A stretch of 64,000 nucleotides of DNA, taken from positions 41,157 to 105,156 of the IMG/VR virus record IMGVR_UViG_3300017987_000005; one strand, given 5' to 3'. Position 1 is the stretch's first letter, and every line of letters starts with the position of its first letter. Below the pieces are notes generated by a model. That model saw nothing but the letters and a program-made list of their open reading frames with translations, had not been told where the DNA came from and did no database searches. Shown here one piece after another: positions 17,369 through 26,291 of the stretch. Source of the stretch: a virus. A program made the translations under genes and the position numbers.

Positions 17369-17676
17369 GACGACGCCCATCCGAAAAAGAGATATTTAGC
17401 ATTACCATCCTTGTCGGGCGGTTCCAACTGAACTGCTCCGGCAGGCCCCCACTTATCATCAATCCGTGGGTCACAATCTTCAAGCAACTGATTGGCAAAC
17501 CGTTCAGGTTTCTCCCCCTCCGGCACCTCGATGGAAACAAAGCAGTCTTTTTCTGCAATAGTTCCCGTGTACCCGGCATGTCCGTAGTCATACTGCGCTT
17601 GCTCAACCGCAGCATTAAAGGCTTTCTGCACTGACTGACCTGAAGCAGTGCACATAAATTCGCAAGCACCCATCAT
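17365..17676 (-). CDS. conserved phage hypothetical protein (GH.GYTGTIAEK type)
   Basis: MGACEF...YDYGHAGYTGTIAEK...DKWGPAGA...YLFFGWAS. Confidence 0.75.
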   Translation of the reverse strand: MMGACEFMCTASGQSVQKAFNAAVEQAQYDYGHAGYTGTIAEKDCFVSIEVPEGEKPERFANQLLEDCDPRIDDKWGPAGAVQLEPPDKDGNAKYLFFGWASS

Positions 17677-17683
17677 TGTCTCC

Positions 17684-17986
17684 TTAAATAAGTCCTTCGT
17701 CCCGCGCCGCGTGGTATCTGCGGTCGCCCTCATCCCAATAAGCATCCCGAGCTTCTTCAGCAGCCCGCTCCATCACGGCTTCCTCAATATCACAGAGTTC
17801 TGCATCGGTCAGTTCCCGACCAAGCAGTTCTTCAATATGTTCGGTATTGAGAATTTCAACTTCCGGGCCGCTGCCGGGGTATGCTCTGTCCGGTGGGTTC
17901 ATTATCATCGGCTCACCCGGCGTAATGTTGTAGTCAACTTCAAAATCGACTTCTTCGCCTTTGGTATTCTCAAGTGTCCAGTCCAT
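17684..17986 (-). CDS. acidic phage hypothetical protein
   Basis: conserved leader; first gene after promoter. Confidence 0.75.
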   Translation of the reverse strand: MDWTLENTKGEEVDFEVDYNITPGEPMIMNPPDRAYPGSGPEVEILNTEHIEELLGRELTDAELCDIEEAVMERAAEEARDAYWDEGDRRYHAARDEGLI

Positions 17987-18031
17987 AGTCTTGTCTCCTA
18001 TTGAAAAAATGTCTTGTCAAACAATATGTAT

Positions 18032-18059
18032 ATTATATCATATAAACATCATAAGTCAA
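18032..18059 (-). promoter_or_regulatory. sigma70-type promoter
   Basis: TTGACT-16-TG.TATAAT. Confidence 0.75.
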
Positions 18060-18079
18060 GAACTATTTTCAAGTAAGTT

Positions 18080-18271
18080 TCAACCATCGACATCTTCAAC
18101 GAAACGTTCGTTGACCAGCTCCCCATCCTCGTAATCGAACTCGTAGATGGCTCCGCCACCATAGTCCTTCGCCTCCTCACGGAGTTCGTTAATGTCGTCG
18201 TCCATTGACAACACCGTAGCATCGAAGCTCCCTGTCCCGCCTTTAGCTCTCGAATCAAAAAGTACAAACAT
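18080..18271 (-). CDS. small acidic hypothetical protein
   Basis: SD AGGAGGT. Confidence 0.7.
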   Translation of the reverse strand: MFVLFDSRAKGGTGSFDATVLSMDDDINELREEAKDYGGGAIYEFDYEDGELVNERFVEDVDG

Positions 18272-18328
18272 GGCTTACCTCCTATCTAGCCTACCCGTAA
18301 TACCACTCCGGCACGCAAATACACAAGG

Positions 18329-18583
18329 TCACTGCTGAATCACCACTGCTGAAGGCAGTCCGTGTACGAACGTGACTGCGTGTGGCGGCGGACCAAGTCT
18401 CTCAACCGCAGCTTTCATCAAAAACTCAATTACCTCAATGTTCTCAAACACTGAGTGTCCGCATTTATTGCAGACCAGTGCTGTGATAACTGGGACAGGA
18501 GTAATGATTGGTTTCATCTCCGCCCCGCATTTGCATTTGATTATCGGCTTCGCCGTTCCATCTACGTTTATTATAAGACTCAT
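18329..18583 (-). CDS. Zn-ribbon hypothetical protein
   Basis: CKCG...CNKCG. Confidence 0.65.
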   Translation of the reverse strand: MSLIINVDGTAKPIIKCKCGAEMKPIITPVPVITALVCNKCGHSVFENIEVIEFLMKAAVERLGPPPHAVTFVHGLPSAVVIQQ

Positions 18584-19113
18584 CGCCGTGCTCCTTCAGG
18601 ATTAGTTATCTGTGCTACAACATCCATCACCGTCTCCAGTTCAGGATTCCGCCACGCGCTCACGACATAAATATACGGCTTATTGTAATGATAACCGAAT
18701 GAATCAATGTGTTTCTGAGCAGCCTCCTCGGTGAGAAATATCTCTCCAGGCACCGGCACCCTGACTTCCTCCCATCCGAACTGGGTTAATCCCAAGTCAC
18801 CGGCAATCTCACCTGGGTCATCGCCGTCAATGGCGTCATACTGCTCCGAAGTGATGTCGCAGTTATCCATGACCTCTTCCTTGTTCTTGAACCACTCAAC
18901 AAGTTCGTCTGACGAGTGGGCGACCTCGAAGAAATCATAAGTGTTGGCAAAGTAAGCTACCTCCTGCGAATCATCAATGTCGCACCGACGCTCCTCAATC
19001 TGATAGACGTGGTACAGCGGCAACCGAGTGGCTCGATTGTCCTGCGTCTCCATCAGCTCCGCCATGTGTTTTAGGCGGTCATATTGTTCATCAGTGACTT
19101 CTATAGTTTTCAT
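18580..19113 (-). CDS. conserved phage protein with TQDNRxT motif (Ead/Ea22-like?)
   Basis: TQDNRATRLPLY...FLTEEAA...PYIYV.SAWRNPE. Confidence 0.55.
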   Translation of the reverse strand: MKTIEVTDEQYDRLKHMAELMETQDNRATRLPLYHVYQIEERRCDIDDSQEVAYFANTYDFFEVAHSSDELVEWFKNKEEVMDNCDITSEQYDAIDGDDPGEIAGDLGLTQFGWEEVRVPVPGEIFLTEEAAQKHIDSFGYHYNKPYIYVVSAWRNPELETVMDVVAQITNPEGARR

Positions 19114-19427
19114 CAGCTCACCCTTTCTTCCGAAGTAATCTGAATGTCACGAAAGCACGCCTCACAGATAATATCATCGTGCATCAAATCTTCATGCTTG
19201 ATGTCACCGCACATCTCACAGGCGTGAAATTCTTTGGATTCATCCCGGCAGCCGTCGCAGATGTTAATGCATCCGCCAAGGTCGTTGACTTCAACGAGTT
19301 TAATCTGTCCTTCCGGGACCCACTCTCCGCAACATTCGCATTGAAGTTCCCCGTCAAAAAGGTGCCGGTCAGTTTCTTCCGCTTCTTTGGCATCCGCCAT
19401 AACGTGTTCTCTGTAAACGTCTGTCAT
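19113..19427 (-). CDS. Zn-finger hypothetical protein
   Basis: CECC, CDGC, CEMC, CEAC. Confidence 0.75.
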   Translation of the reverse strand: MTDVYREHVMADAKEAEETDRHLFDGELQCECCGEWVPEGQIKLVEVNDLGGCINICDGCRDESKEFHACEMCGDIKHEDLMHDDIICEACFRDIQITSEERVS

Positions 19428-19458
19428 TGTCCTGTCTCCTTAATTAAAGTGTACTTCT

Positions 19459-19486
19459 ATTATATCATATAATTGTTATAAGTCAA
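19459..19486 (-). promoter_or_regulatory. sigma70-type promoter
   Basis: TTGACT-16-TG.TATAAT. Confidence 0.75.
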
Positions 19487-19529
19487 GGGTTAAATTAAAA
19501 AACTTCCTACCTCCTTGACTGACGCGGCC

Positions 19530-19868
19530 TCAGCCCTGGTTCGTAGGGAACATTGAGTGCTGCCGGGCTTCACTCCAATCAAGTTCGAGCCATTCTTTCA
19601 CTTTCTCCGGGCTGCCCCAGCATGATGAGGGTACCTCATTATAGATATACTGGCATATCTCCTTCAGCGCCGCATAGCTCTTATGGTCAGCAGCTCCCAC
19701 CGCAACCATCAGGTTGTTCTCCAGACACTTCTGGAGGAACCCTCCCGTGGGGCGTCCTTCATCCGCGTAAACCCGCAGCGAGTGCTCAAGGTTCTCGGGG
19801 ATAGTCGGATAACGGCGTTCGCCGTCCTTGTCGTAAATAATGTAAGGTTTTTTGTCGTTGTCGTTCAT
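19530..19868 (-). CDS. conserved phage hypothetical protein
   Basis: GGFLQ..LENNL..AVGAAD...YNEVPSSCWGSPEKV..W. Confidence 0.75.
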   Translation of the reverse strand: MNDNDKKPYIIYDKDGERRYPTIPENLEHSLRVYADEGRPTGGFLQKCLENNLMVAVGAADHKSYAALKEICQYIYNEVPSSCWGSPEKVKEWLELDWSEARQHSMFPTNQG

Positions 19869-20407
19869 AATCCTGCCTCCTGAAAATCTTTCCGTGCTTT
19901 GTTTACCTCTCCGAATCCGTTACGCATTTCGGGTGGAATAAACTCCACGCCGAGCGCATTAAATATTCCTTCTTCATCCTGGGTGCCGGGAATCCTTTCC
20001 CCTGACTCCCTATCCCACAACCCCTTCTCATTAAGTTTCATCCCTTTGTCCTTCGCCACGCTGCGCATTGCTCGGTTAAATTCCCCACTTCCCGTGCTCG
20101 CCATCATTGCGGCTCCGAAGGCTTCTTTGGTAAAGAACATCAGGTCCACCTGAACTCCATCAATCTCACCGGTCCTCTTGGGGTTCCCATTCTTGTGCTC
20201 ACCGAACTTCTCAACAAGTCTGTCGTGATATGCGTCCCACGTACCCGGCACGATGATGTCCACATCCCCCGAATCAGGCTTACCGCGTCGATAGCTTCCG
20301 CATACAATGATTGGGGCATCCAACCACTCTACAACAATATCCCGTATGCGTTCTATCTCTTTACGAGTAACGCGTCCACCCTTTCCGGCAATCTTTCCGC
20401 CCATCAT
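19865..20407 (-). CDS. polX: minimal family X DNA polymerase (palm and thumb only)
   Basis: GSYRRGKPDSGDVDII, GVQVDL, TGSGEFN..MR..A..KG..LNEKGL, EEGIF.ALG..FIPPEMR. Confidence 0.9.
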   Translation of the reverse strand: MMGGKIAGKGGRVTRKEIERIRDIVVEWLDAPIIVCGSYRRGKPDSGDVDIIVPGTWDAYHDRLVEKFGEHKNGNPKRTGEIDGVQVDLMFFTKEAFGAAMMASTGSGEFNRAMRSVAKDKGMKLNEKGLWDRESGERIPGTQDEEGIFNALGVEFIPPEMRNGFGEVNKARKDFQEAGL

Positions 20408-20583
20408 TCGTCCCTTTCCGAAATAAGCTGAACTACCTTGCGCAGCTCAACAGGATTTACTTTGGCGATGATGTCGCCCTCCTGAACGTGAGTAACGTCC
20501 CGGTCTCCGCCAAGCGGATAAAGCACTACCGGCAGCTCGGGGTCGCATTCCTGTAAACAGGCAATGAGTTCGCTGACCTTCAC
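20404..20583 (-). CDS. small hypothetical protein (absent from ORF track)
   Basis: own translation MKVSELIACLQECDPELPVV..., 59 aa, fills the gap with overlapping stop/start. Confidence 0.7.
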   Translation of the reverse strand: MKVSELIACLQECDPELPVVLYPLGGDRDVTHVQEGDIIAKVNPVELRKVVQLISERDE

Positions 20584-20585
20584 TG

Positions 20586-21047
20586 TTAATCCTCTCGGTC
20601 AAGAATGGTCACACCATCCCCGTATCCGCAGGCTCTCTGACACAACTGTTTCCCTGGATACCATTCCCCCTCATCACCGTCACTGTGAATGGCTACGTCA
20701 TCACCGAAATGATGCTTCAGCGCAATAAGGCAAGCTGTCACCACATCGTCATACGGTTTACGGGCAGTTTTGGTAAAATTGAAAACTCTGCCGGCATCGT
20801 CCTTGCTTGAGGAATATCCCCCGCCAGGCGCAACAGCAAATGTTTCGTGAGCTTCATCTCCCACCCCATTAAGACTGACTGCTCCATCAGTAATCTTGGG
20901 GTCTCCACCTTCTCCCATACCATCTCCGATGGCGATTCCATCGGCCTTGGCACATTCGACAATCTTTTTGCAATCGCTTGCAAACTTGCCGAACTTCTTC
21001 GTATCAAGTTCCGGCTTCACATAGTAATAGTGCGTATATCCCATCAC
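20586..21047 (-). CDS. conserved phage hypothetical protein (MGYTHY type)
   Basis: MGYTHY...LNG....HETF...FTKTARKPYDDVV.ACL...SDGD. Confidence 0.75.
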   Translation of the reverse strand: MMGYTHYYYVKPELDTKKFGKFASDCKKIVECAKADGIAIGDGMGEGGDPKITDGAVSLNGVGDEAHETFAVAPGGGYSSSKDDAGRVFNFTKTARKPYDDVVTACLIALKHHFGDDVAIHSDGDEGEWYPGKQLCQRACGYGDGVTILDRED

Positions 21048-21433
21048 TCGGCCTCCTTCTCAACAATGTTATGAACGTGGTTCATTGCATCGAACCATAT
21101 CGTATCTTTTCCTCTGCGGACGCACAGCGCTCCGCCTCCGAATTCATCAATGCGTGGTTTATCGCAAGTGTATGACCATGACGCGTAGAATGGTTCGTCA
21201 ATCTCCAACTCCTCGACCAGCGCTTTCGCTATCTGTTCAAGGTGGTCAATAATAACTCCATCACTGTGGAACCATACTCCGTCACCTTCCATCTCGGCTT
21301 CGACTCCGCAATACCCCCAATCTTCATCCTCGTCAAAACTCTCGACCTCCCGGTCAACGATTTGAGCAGCCTGCTCTAACTTATCAGCAGGTACATTAAG
21401 GAATGCGGAAGTCTCGCAATAGTTGTTTGCCAT
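21044..21433 (-). CDS. conserved phage hypothetical protein
   Basis: MANNY...WSYTCDKPRIDEFGGGA. Confidence 0.75.
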   Translation of the reverse strand: MANNYCETSAFLNVPADKLEQAAQIVDREVESFDEDEDWGYCGVEAEMEGDGVWFHSDGVIIDHLEQIAKALVEELEIDEPFYASWSYTCDKPRIDEFGGGALCVRRGKDTIWFDAMNHVHNIVEKEAE

Positions 21434-21473
21434 ATCTTGTCTCCTTTGTGGCTATCAATTTAACAACACTTAT

Positions 21474-21501
21474 ATTATATCATATAAATGTTATAAGTCA
21501 A
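21474..21501 (-). promoter_or_regulatory. sigma70-type promoter
   Basis: TTGACT-16-TG.TATAAT. Confidence 0.75.
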
Positions 21502-21518
21502 GTAAGAAATAATAAAAG

Positions 21519-21956
21519 TTACAGCCCCTCCTTCTTCTCGGTTTCGAGGATAAAATCCTCCCACGGACCAAAGTTAGCTGCATCCACCATTCTAAGACGA
21601 GCCTCTTCGACTGTGTATCGCACGGTCTCGTCCTCCCGTACTCCGCCATAATGATAATACACCTCCCTGGGCAACGTGGAATCATTGTTGTTGGATTTGT
21701 CAATACAAAACCACATCTCAAAGTAATCCGGGTGACCTTCCGGGAGATTCTTATGCATCTCTGCCGGCATGGGCACTTTCTCGCAATACTCCACCCAGGC
21801 ATGTCCGTGAAGGGGCACATACTCACCCTCAATAATGAATCCCCCGACAAGTCCGTGAACCACGAAATATTCCCTGTCGTCAGGAGGGCTGAGCACAGCT
21901 ACCTGCGCTGCTGCTTCGTAGCAGTTCCCGCCGTCCTTGAGTTTCTTGGTTTTCAT
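21519..21956 (-). CDS. transglutaminase/papain-like Cys-His-Asp protein
   Basis: GNCYEAA...HGHAWVE...IDKS. Confidence 0.6.
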   Translation of the reverse strand: MKTKKLKDGGNCYEAAAQVAVLSPPDDREYFVVHGLVGGFIIEGEYVPLHGHAWVEYCEKVPMPAEMHKNLPEGHPDYFEMWFCIDKSNNNDSTLPREVYYHYGGVREDETVRYTVEEARLRMVDAANFGPWEDFILETEKKEGL

Positions 21957-22231
21957 TCAGTCTGACCCTCATCACAGGTTCCCGAAGCGCAAGTCTCCTG
22001 ACCGCAGAACTCGGATTCGTCATTAGAACACATCCTGACCCCTCCGCAACTCTCCCAAAAGACGCACTCCTCACAATTGACGTCCACCTTAACGAGTCCC
22101 AGTCCACCGCAAACAGAGCATTTAATCTGCTCCGGCTTATCTTTCAAAGAACTCCCGTACCCGTTGCAGTGAGGACACTGCTCATACCCGTACTTCTTCG
22201 GGTTCATCATAATTTCCATTTTGTCAACCAT
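21953..22231 (-). CDS. DnaJ-type Zn-finger hypothetical protein
   Basis: CPHCNGYG...CSVCGGLG plus further Cys cluster. Confidence 0.65.
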   Translation of the reverse strand: MVDKMEIMMNPKKYGYEQCPHCNGYGSSLKDKPEQIKCSVCGGLGLVKVDVNCEECVFWESCGGVRMCSNDESEFCGQETCASGTCDEGQTE

Positions 22232-22235
22232 TGTC

Positions 22236-22433
22236 CTATCTCCCTTCATTCATCAACGTTACTACAGCATTGTGGTGGATGCCGTACTTCTCGATAAGTT
22301 TATTAAACGCCTCTTCGTCATAAGAGATGCTGTTGTCATTTGCTAACCTGTGCTGATTCTCTGCGTGCATCCCCATCGCCTCAATCAAAGCGCATATTGA
22401 TTGTGAAATAATATAAGCATCATTATCACCCAT
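22236..22433 (-). CDS. hypothetical protein
   Basis: SD AGGAGA. Confidence 0.7.
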   Translation of the reverse strand: MGDNDAYIISQSICALIEAMGMHAENQHRLANDNSISYDEEAFNKLIEKYGIHHNAVVTLMNEGR

Positions 22434-22444
22434 GATATTCTCCT

Positions 22445-22482
22445 AAAATAAAAGCGGGGAGGGTGTGACAAGCACCCTCCCC
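22445..22482 (-). terminator. intrinsic terminator, part of a three-hairpin element
   Basis: GGGGAGGGTG/CACCCTCCCC stem plus UUUUAUUUU. Confidence 0.75.
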
Positions 22483-22541
22483 AGGAGACAAGACAAGGTA
22501 GCCTGGCGGCTACCCGCTTGCGCAGGTGTGACAAGCACCTG

Positions 22542-22757
22542 CTATTTTTCTATGAGTTCATAGTCGTCAACAATCTCGATGCCTCTGTCCCGCAACTCAC
22601 AGCCTATTTCAATCATCCAAAGAACATCGCCAATATCAGGCGACTTATTCGTTTCATCTTCAAACCGTGAACGGAGACGTGAGTGTTCTTCAATGAGTTC
22701 GTCCAATGACCATTCAGTCATCGGCCTCTCATTTACTTTTTCTCGTGTGTCGTGCAT
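22542..22757 (-). CDS. hypothetical protein
   Basis: conserved leader AAGGAGACAAGA. Confidence 0.7.
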   Translation of the reverse strand: MHDTREKVNERPMTEWSLDELIEEHSRLRSRFEDETNKSPDIGDVLWMIEIGCELRDRGIEIVDDYELIEK

Positions 22758-22786
22758 AATCTTGTCTCCTTCAATTGTCTAATTAT

Positions 22787-22814
22787 ATTATAGCATAAAA
22801 ACTTGATTTGTCAA
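22787..22814 (-). promoter_or_regulatory. sigma70-type promoter
   Basis: TTGACA-16-TG.TATAAT. Confidence 0.8.
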
Positions 22815-22827
22815 GGACAAAATCAGA

Positions 22828-23208
22828 TTATTTCTTACCTCGTTGGCTTGGGCGACCATTGTTAAACCACTGGGTCGGAGCCTTGAACAGGTCTTCGTGG
22901 TGGTTGCGGTATCTCATGCAGACATCGCCGGCGGCAGCAAATATAGTTGGTCGAGAAGAAGAGAATGACCTCCACACTGCTTTGTGAGTCCCTGCCTTGA
23001 TAGCACTGTCAATAAGCAATCTGAAATTATCATCAACCGTCCCCCCAACATAATGTAAGTCGTCACGGTACAGCCATTTCCCCACTGCTGCCTGCTTTAT
23101 GGTAGAATGATATACTTCAACAATACCATGTTCAGGTCTTGCTATGTAAACTGTACACTGGTGTGTATGCCTACTCAACAGGACGCAGGCTTGATAGCTT
23201 TTTTCCAT
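22828..23208 (-). CDS. WFNN-tag protein
   Basis: ends ...TQWFNNGRPSQRGKK. Confidence 0.7.
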   Translation of the reverse strand: MEKSYQACVLLSRHTHQCTVYIARPEHGIVEVYHSTIKQAAVGKWLYRDDLHYVGGTVDDNFRLLIDSAIKAGTHKAVWRSFSSSRPTIFAAAGDVCMRYRNHHEDLFKAPTQWFNNGRPSQRGKK

Positions 23209-23560
23209 TGTTAAACCACTTTCCTTCTCTTACTGCTTCTGCCCGAAGTTCCCGATGTTTCGCAGCTACCTTTCTCTTGAAATAATCCCTTGCGCATATC
23301 GCTGCCCGCAGCATCGGGTGGTCAAATTCGTTAAAAATATCATACACCATGTGCTCATATTCTTTCCTATCCGCATAATCATGCGCTACCTCGTTAGCGA
23401 ACTCATGCAACGTACATCCATGCCTTGCAGCATCTCCGACATCGTACATCGCTACCTTGTTAAAACAATTCTGTGCAAACGAATGCAAAGGACTTTCATA
23501 AACAGTAATACTATGGTCACCCTGGACGATAAGGATTCCCCACTCCCCCTGTGGGCGCAT
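23171..23560 (-). CDS. WFNN-tag protein
   Basis: ends ...GKWFNNGKKLSSLRPVE; start uncertain. Confidence 0.65.
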   Translation of the reverse strand: MRPQGEWGILIVQGDHSITVYESPLHSFAQNCFNKVAMYDVGDAARHGCTLHEFANEVAHDYADRKEYEHMVYDIFNEFDHPMLRAAICARDYFKRKVAAKHRELRAEAVREGKWFNNGKKLSSLRPVE

Positions 23561-23579
23561 CTTTACCCAAAATCTTCCT

Positions 23580-23951
23580 CTACTTGGCATTGTTAAACCA
23601 CCCTTTCATCGGTTCAGGTCTGGTAACCTTAAATAATCTCTCGCCAACTTCCAACATCTCAGTCAACATCTCCGCTGCCTTCTTAGGAAGTGTGGTTCGT
23701 GTCCCTGCAACAGTTCCCATCCTACCGCAGCGGCGATGCGTCTCAAAGTATTTAACGGTCTGTTCATACGAATACCTGTCCCGTACATAAAAATCCTCTA
23801 TCGGAGTCTCACGAAGAATCTTCGCCCCGGACTTCGTATAAGGTACTCTGAAAACTCGGGCTACGCGCCCACCCTTACGTCTCAGCGGAGCAACTACAAG
23901 AAGCGTGTCTACGCGCTTACCATTACTCTCTTTGAAAACGTGGGCAATCAT
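23580..23951 (-). CDS. WFNN-tag protein
   Basis: ends ...MKGWFNNAK. Confidence 0.75.
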   Translation of the reverse strand: MIAHVFKESNGKRVDTLLVVAPLRRKGGRVARVFRVPYTKSGAKILRETPIEDFYVRDRYSYEQTVKYFETHRRCGRMGTVAGTRTTLPKKAAEMLTEMLEVGERLFKVTRPEPMKGWFNNAK

Positions 23952-23954
23952 CGC

Positions 23955-24323
23955 CTACTCCTTTGCATTGTTAAACCATCCAGCAAACACTGGCTCTGCC
24001 GGCGTTGGTTCGGGCTTTGATACATAATGACTTCCATACTTTGCCCATTTCACTGCTTTCTCCTGCAACCACTCGTGCTCCCCTTGGTCGCTGAATATCA
24101 AAACGTAATCATCCCCCTTCTTCCGCCACCCGCGCAACTTCTTCTCCAGTTGCGTATCAAACGAATGGGTATAATAAATCTGATTACTGAAGTGACCTCT
24201 GCTCAGCGTCTCATTACGTCCGTAGAAACAATCAACACCGCCTCCCCCAGGTCTTTCCATAAGGAAGTAATACTTATTGTGTCTACCGGTCGTACAAACG
24301 TAAAGTTCTGCTCTGACTTCCAT
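23955..24323 (-). CDS. WFNN-tag protein with WGR-like N-terminus
   Basis: HNKYYFL...YGRN...QLEKKLRG..K.DYV resembles WGR; ends FAGWFNNAKE. Confidence 0.7.
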   Translation of the reverse strand: MEVRAELYVCTTGRHNKYYFLMERPGGGGVDCFYGRNETLSRGHFSNQIYYTHSFDTQLEKKLRGWRKKGDDYVLIFSDQGEHEWLQEKAVKWAKYGSHYVSKPEPTPAEPVFAGWFNNAKE

Positions 24324-24334
24324 CGCTCACCCTC

Positions 24335-24826
24335 CTACGAATGCATATCTATGAGGACTATGTATCGCTTACCCTCATCCTCACCATACTCGTGTGCTTT
24401 CTGAGTTATACCGAAATTATCAAACTGATAATCAAAATAATTTACTGACCATATATCAAAGTTATCAGCCTGAGTCCCTGCTTCATATTTCGCTTTAGCA
24501 TACTTAGAAAGTTTCCACCAATCCCAGTTATCATCCGGCTCCTCACCGGCAAGAACTGTGGTCATGGTTGCGAGTGCCTCCTCCTCATTGTCAAACTCAC
24601 TGAGCGCCTTCTTCAGCATCTCCTCAATGTCTTTGATTTTATAAGACGAGGGCGTCCACCGTCCTTCTCCGGTGTCGTATGCAGTATCATCCTCGCAAAC
24701 CGACCCGCAGATACTTCTCCAGTTATTCTCATTACCCCACTCCACGATACTGCTTTCAACAGCATCACAAGCCTCCTGATGATTTTCCGCTCTGACTGTC
24801 ATAAAATGAAGATAATGCATTGTCAT
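24335..24826 (-). CDS. acidic hypothetical protein
   Basis: first gene after promoter; ends LIDMHS. Confidence 0.75.
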   Translation of the reverse strand: MTMHYLHFMTVRAENHQEACDAVESSIVEWGNENNWRSICGSVCEDDTAYDTGEGRWTPSSYKIKDIEEMLKKALSEFDNEEEALATMTTVLAGEEPDDNWDWWKLSKYAKAKYEAGTQADNFDIWSVNYFDYQFDNFGITQKAHEYGEDEGKRYIVLIDMHS

Positions 24827-24849
24827 TGTCTCCTATAAAGTATAGTTAT

Positions 24850-24877
24850 ATTATATCATATAAATGATATTTGTCAA
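24850..24877 (-). promoter_or_regulatory. sigma70-type promoter
   Basis: TTGACA-16-TG.TATAAT. Confidence 0.8.
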
Positions 24878-24895
24878 GGACTATCTGAAACAACT

Positions 24896-25372
24896 TCACG
24901 CCCGCACGGGCACGTTCTCAAACCACGGCTTCTTGGGTTTCCAATAGTACCACTCTCCCATCGGGGCATCGTGATGCGTCACTCTCACCTTAAGTCCGTC
25001 TCCGTCCTCCCACACCCACCAGTGGTAATCCCCTCCGTTTCCGAGGCATTTGCTGATGAGCGCCTTTCCGTCCGTTATGTCCTCAAAGTCAGATTCGGCA
25101 GAACGGTGCTGCCATCCCATGTTGCGTCCTTCGGCATGCCACCGTCCGTCCGGGCACAGTCTCCTGACAACATCAGTCAGATTAGCCAGCTCCGATTCAT
25201 AGCAGAAATCAAACAGGGCACCGTCCATTTGAATTTCCTGCCAGATATCGTCCTCATCCGGTTTCTCATCATAACCGAAGTCTTCCCAATTCTCAAGACG
25301 ATATTCAACCTCACCCTTCATTATCTCGTAAGTGTCCCAACTGGCTACAAGTTTTTCAGTTTCTTCAACCAT
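24896..25372 (-). CDS. hypothetical protein (degenerate tag KPWFEN)
   Basis: HHDAPMG motif; ends KPWFENVPVRA. Confidence 0.75.
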   Translation of the reverse strand: MVEETEKLVASWDTYEIMKGEVEYRLENWEDFGYDEKPDEDDIWQEIQMDGALFDFCYESELANLTDVVRRLCPDGRWHAEGRNMGWQHRSAESDFEDITDGKALISKCLGNGGDYHWWVWEDGDGLKVRVTHHDAPMGEWYYWKPKKPWFENVPVRA

Positions 25373-25374
25373 GA

Positions 25375-25548
25375 TTAGTCCTCCGTAACTATCCAGCCCT
25401 CGGGGTCGAGAGTATCACTGTACTCAAGTACATCACTGTAATCCCCGCCACCGTCAGCAACAGCTTGTTTCGCAGCCTCGGCGTCTTCCGCCTCAACTAC
25501 AACGTGCTGAAAGTGTATCTCTTTTACAAGCACCCTGAATCTTTTCAT
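25375..25548 (-). CDS. small hypothetical protein (absent from ORF track)
   Basis: own translation MKRFRVLVKEIHFQHVVVEAEDAEAAKQAV..., 57 aa, fills the gap. Confidence 0.7.
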   Translation of the reverse strand: MKRFRVLVKEIHFQHVVVEAEDAEAAKQAVADGGGDYSDVLEYSDTLDPEGWIVTED

Positions 25549-26291
25549 ACCTCTAACTCCTCTTCAAGAAGGTTCTCGATATACTGACGAATTACCTCCC
25601 AGTAAATGTCAGAGTTCATAAACGCATCGTGAAGTCTGCTCGCCAGATTGGGAAGACTGTCCCGTATAATTTCCTGCTGCGCCTTCTCCATCTTATCAAA
25701 CCCCGGAACATCGCCGGTGCTGACGATGGTAACGACTGCCCGTTCATAATCGAGTCTGTCCTGCTGATGTATGCAAGCCATCGGTTTAGGTTCGATTACG
25801 ATGTCGGGAAGCTCCTTGCGTGCCTCGACTATAAGTTTGTGGTTCTCATAGTCATCAACCGGAATACGGTATATTTCACTGAAATCCTTCGGTGCCATAT
25901 CCCATCCGCACGAATAGACGACAAGTTCTTTTTCCGCCGCGTTAATGCGATAGAAATACTCGATGTCCCCGTGGAACCCGCAGTCCTTTCCGCAAATCCC
26001 ATGACCCAGGAAATCCATTCCGTCCGGCGCGCCGTAATCTTTCCCCGAATTCCAGCGAGCCATGCTTTCAGTGCTGTGGTGAATAAGGTGAAACATCAGC
26101 CATGCGGGGAGGTACTCAACATCGGTCAGCCCCCGCTCGTCGCTGAACCGTTTCAGGAACGGAAGTATCCCATAAGGAACTCCATGCGGACCATCCGGGT
26201 AACCGTCACTGTGACGATACATCAAAACAGTCGGCTCAGCCATCGGCTGACTGTCCCGTTCATAAATCCCTATTTGACAACGTGTACTCAT
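25545..26291 (-). CDS. conserved phage protein (MSTR...Y.HSDGYP type)
   Basis: MSTRCQIG...YRHSDGYP...GDIEYFY. Confidence 0.75.
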   Translation of the reverse strand: MSTRCQIGIYERDSQPMAEPTVLMYRHSDGYPDGPHGVPYGILPFLKRFSDERGLTDVEYLPAWLMFHLIHHSTESMARWNSGKDYGAPDGMDFLGHGICGKDCGFHGDIEYFYRINAAEKELVVYSCGWDMAPKDFSEIYRIPVDDYENHKLIVEARKELPDIVIEPKPMACIHQQDRLDYERAVVTIVSTGDVPGFDKMEKAQQEIIRDSLPNLASRLHDAFMNSDIYWEVIRQYIENLLEEELEV

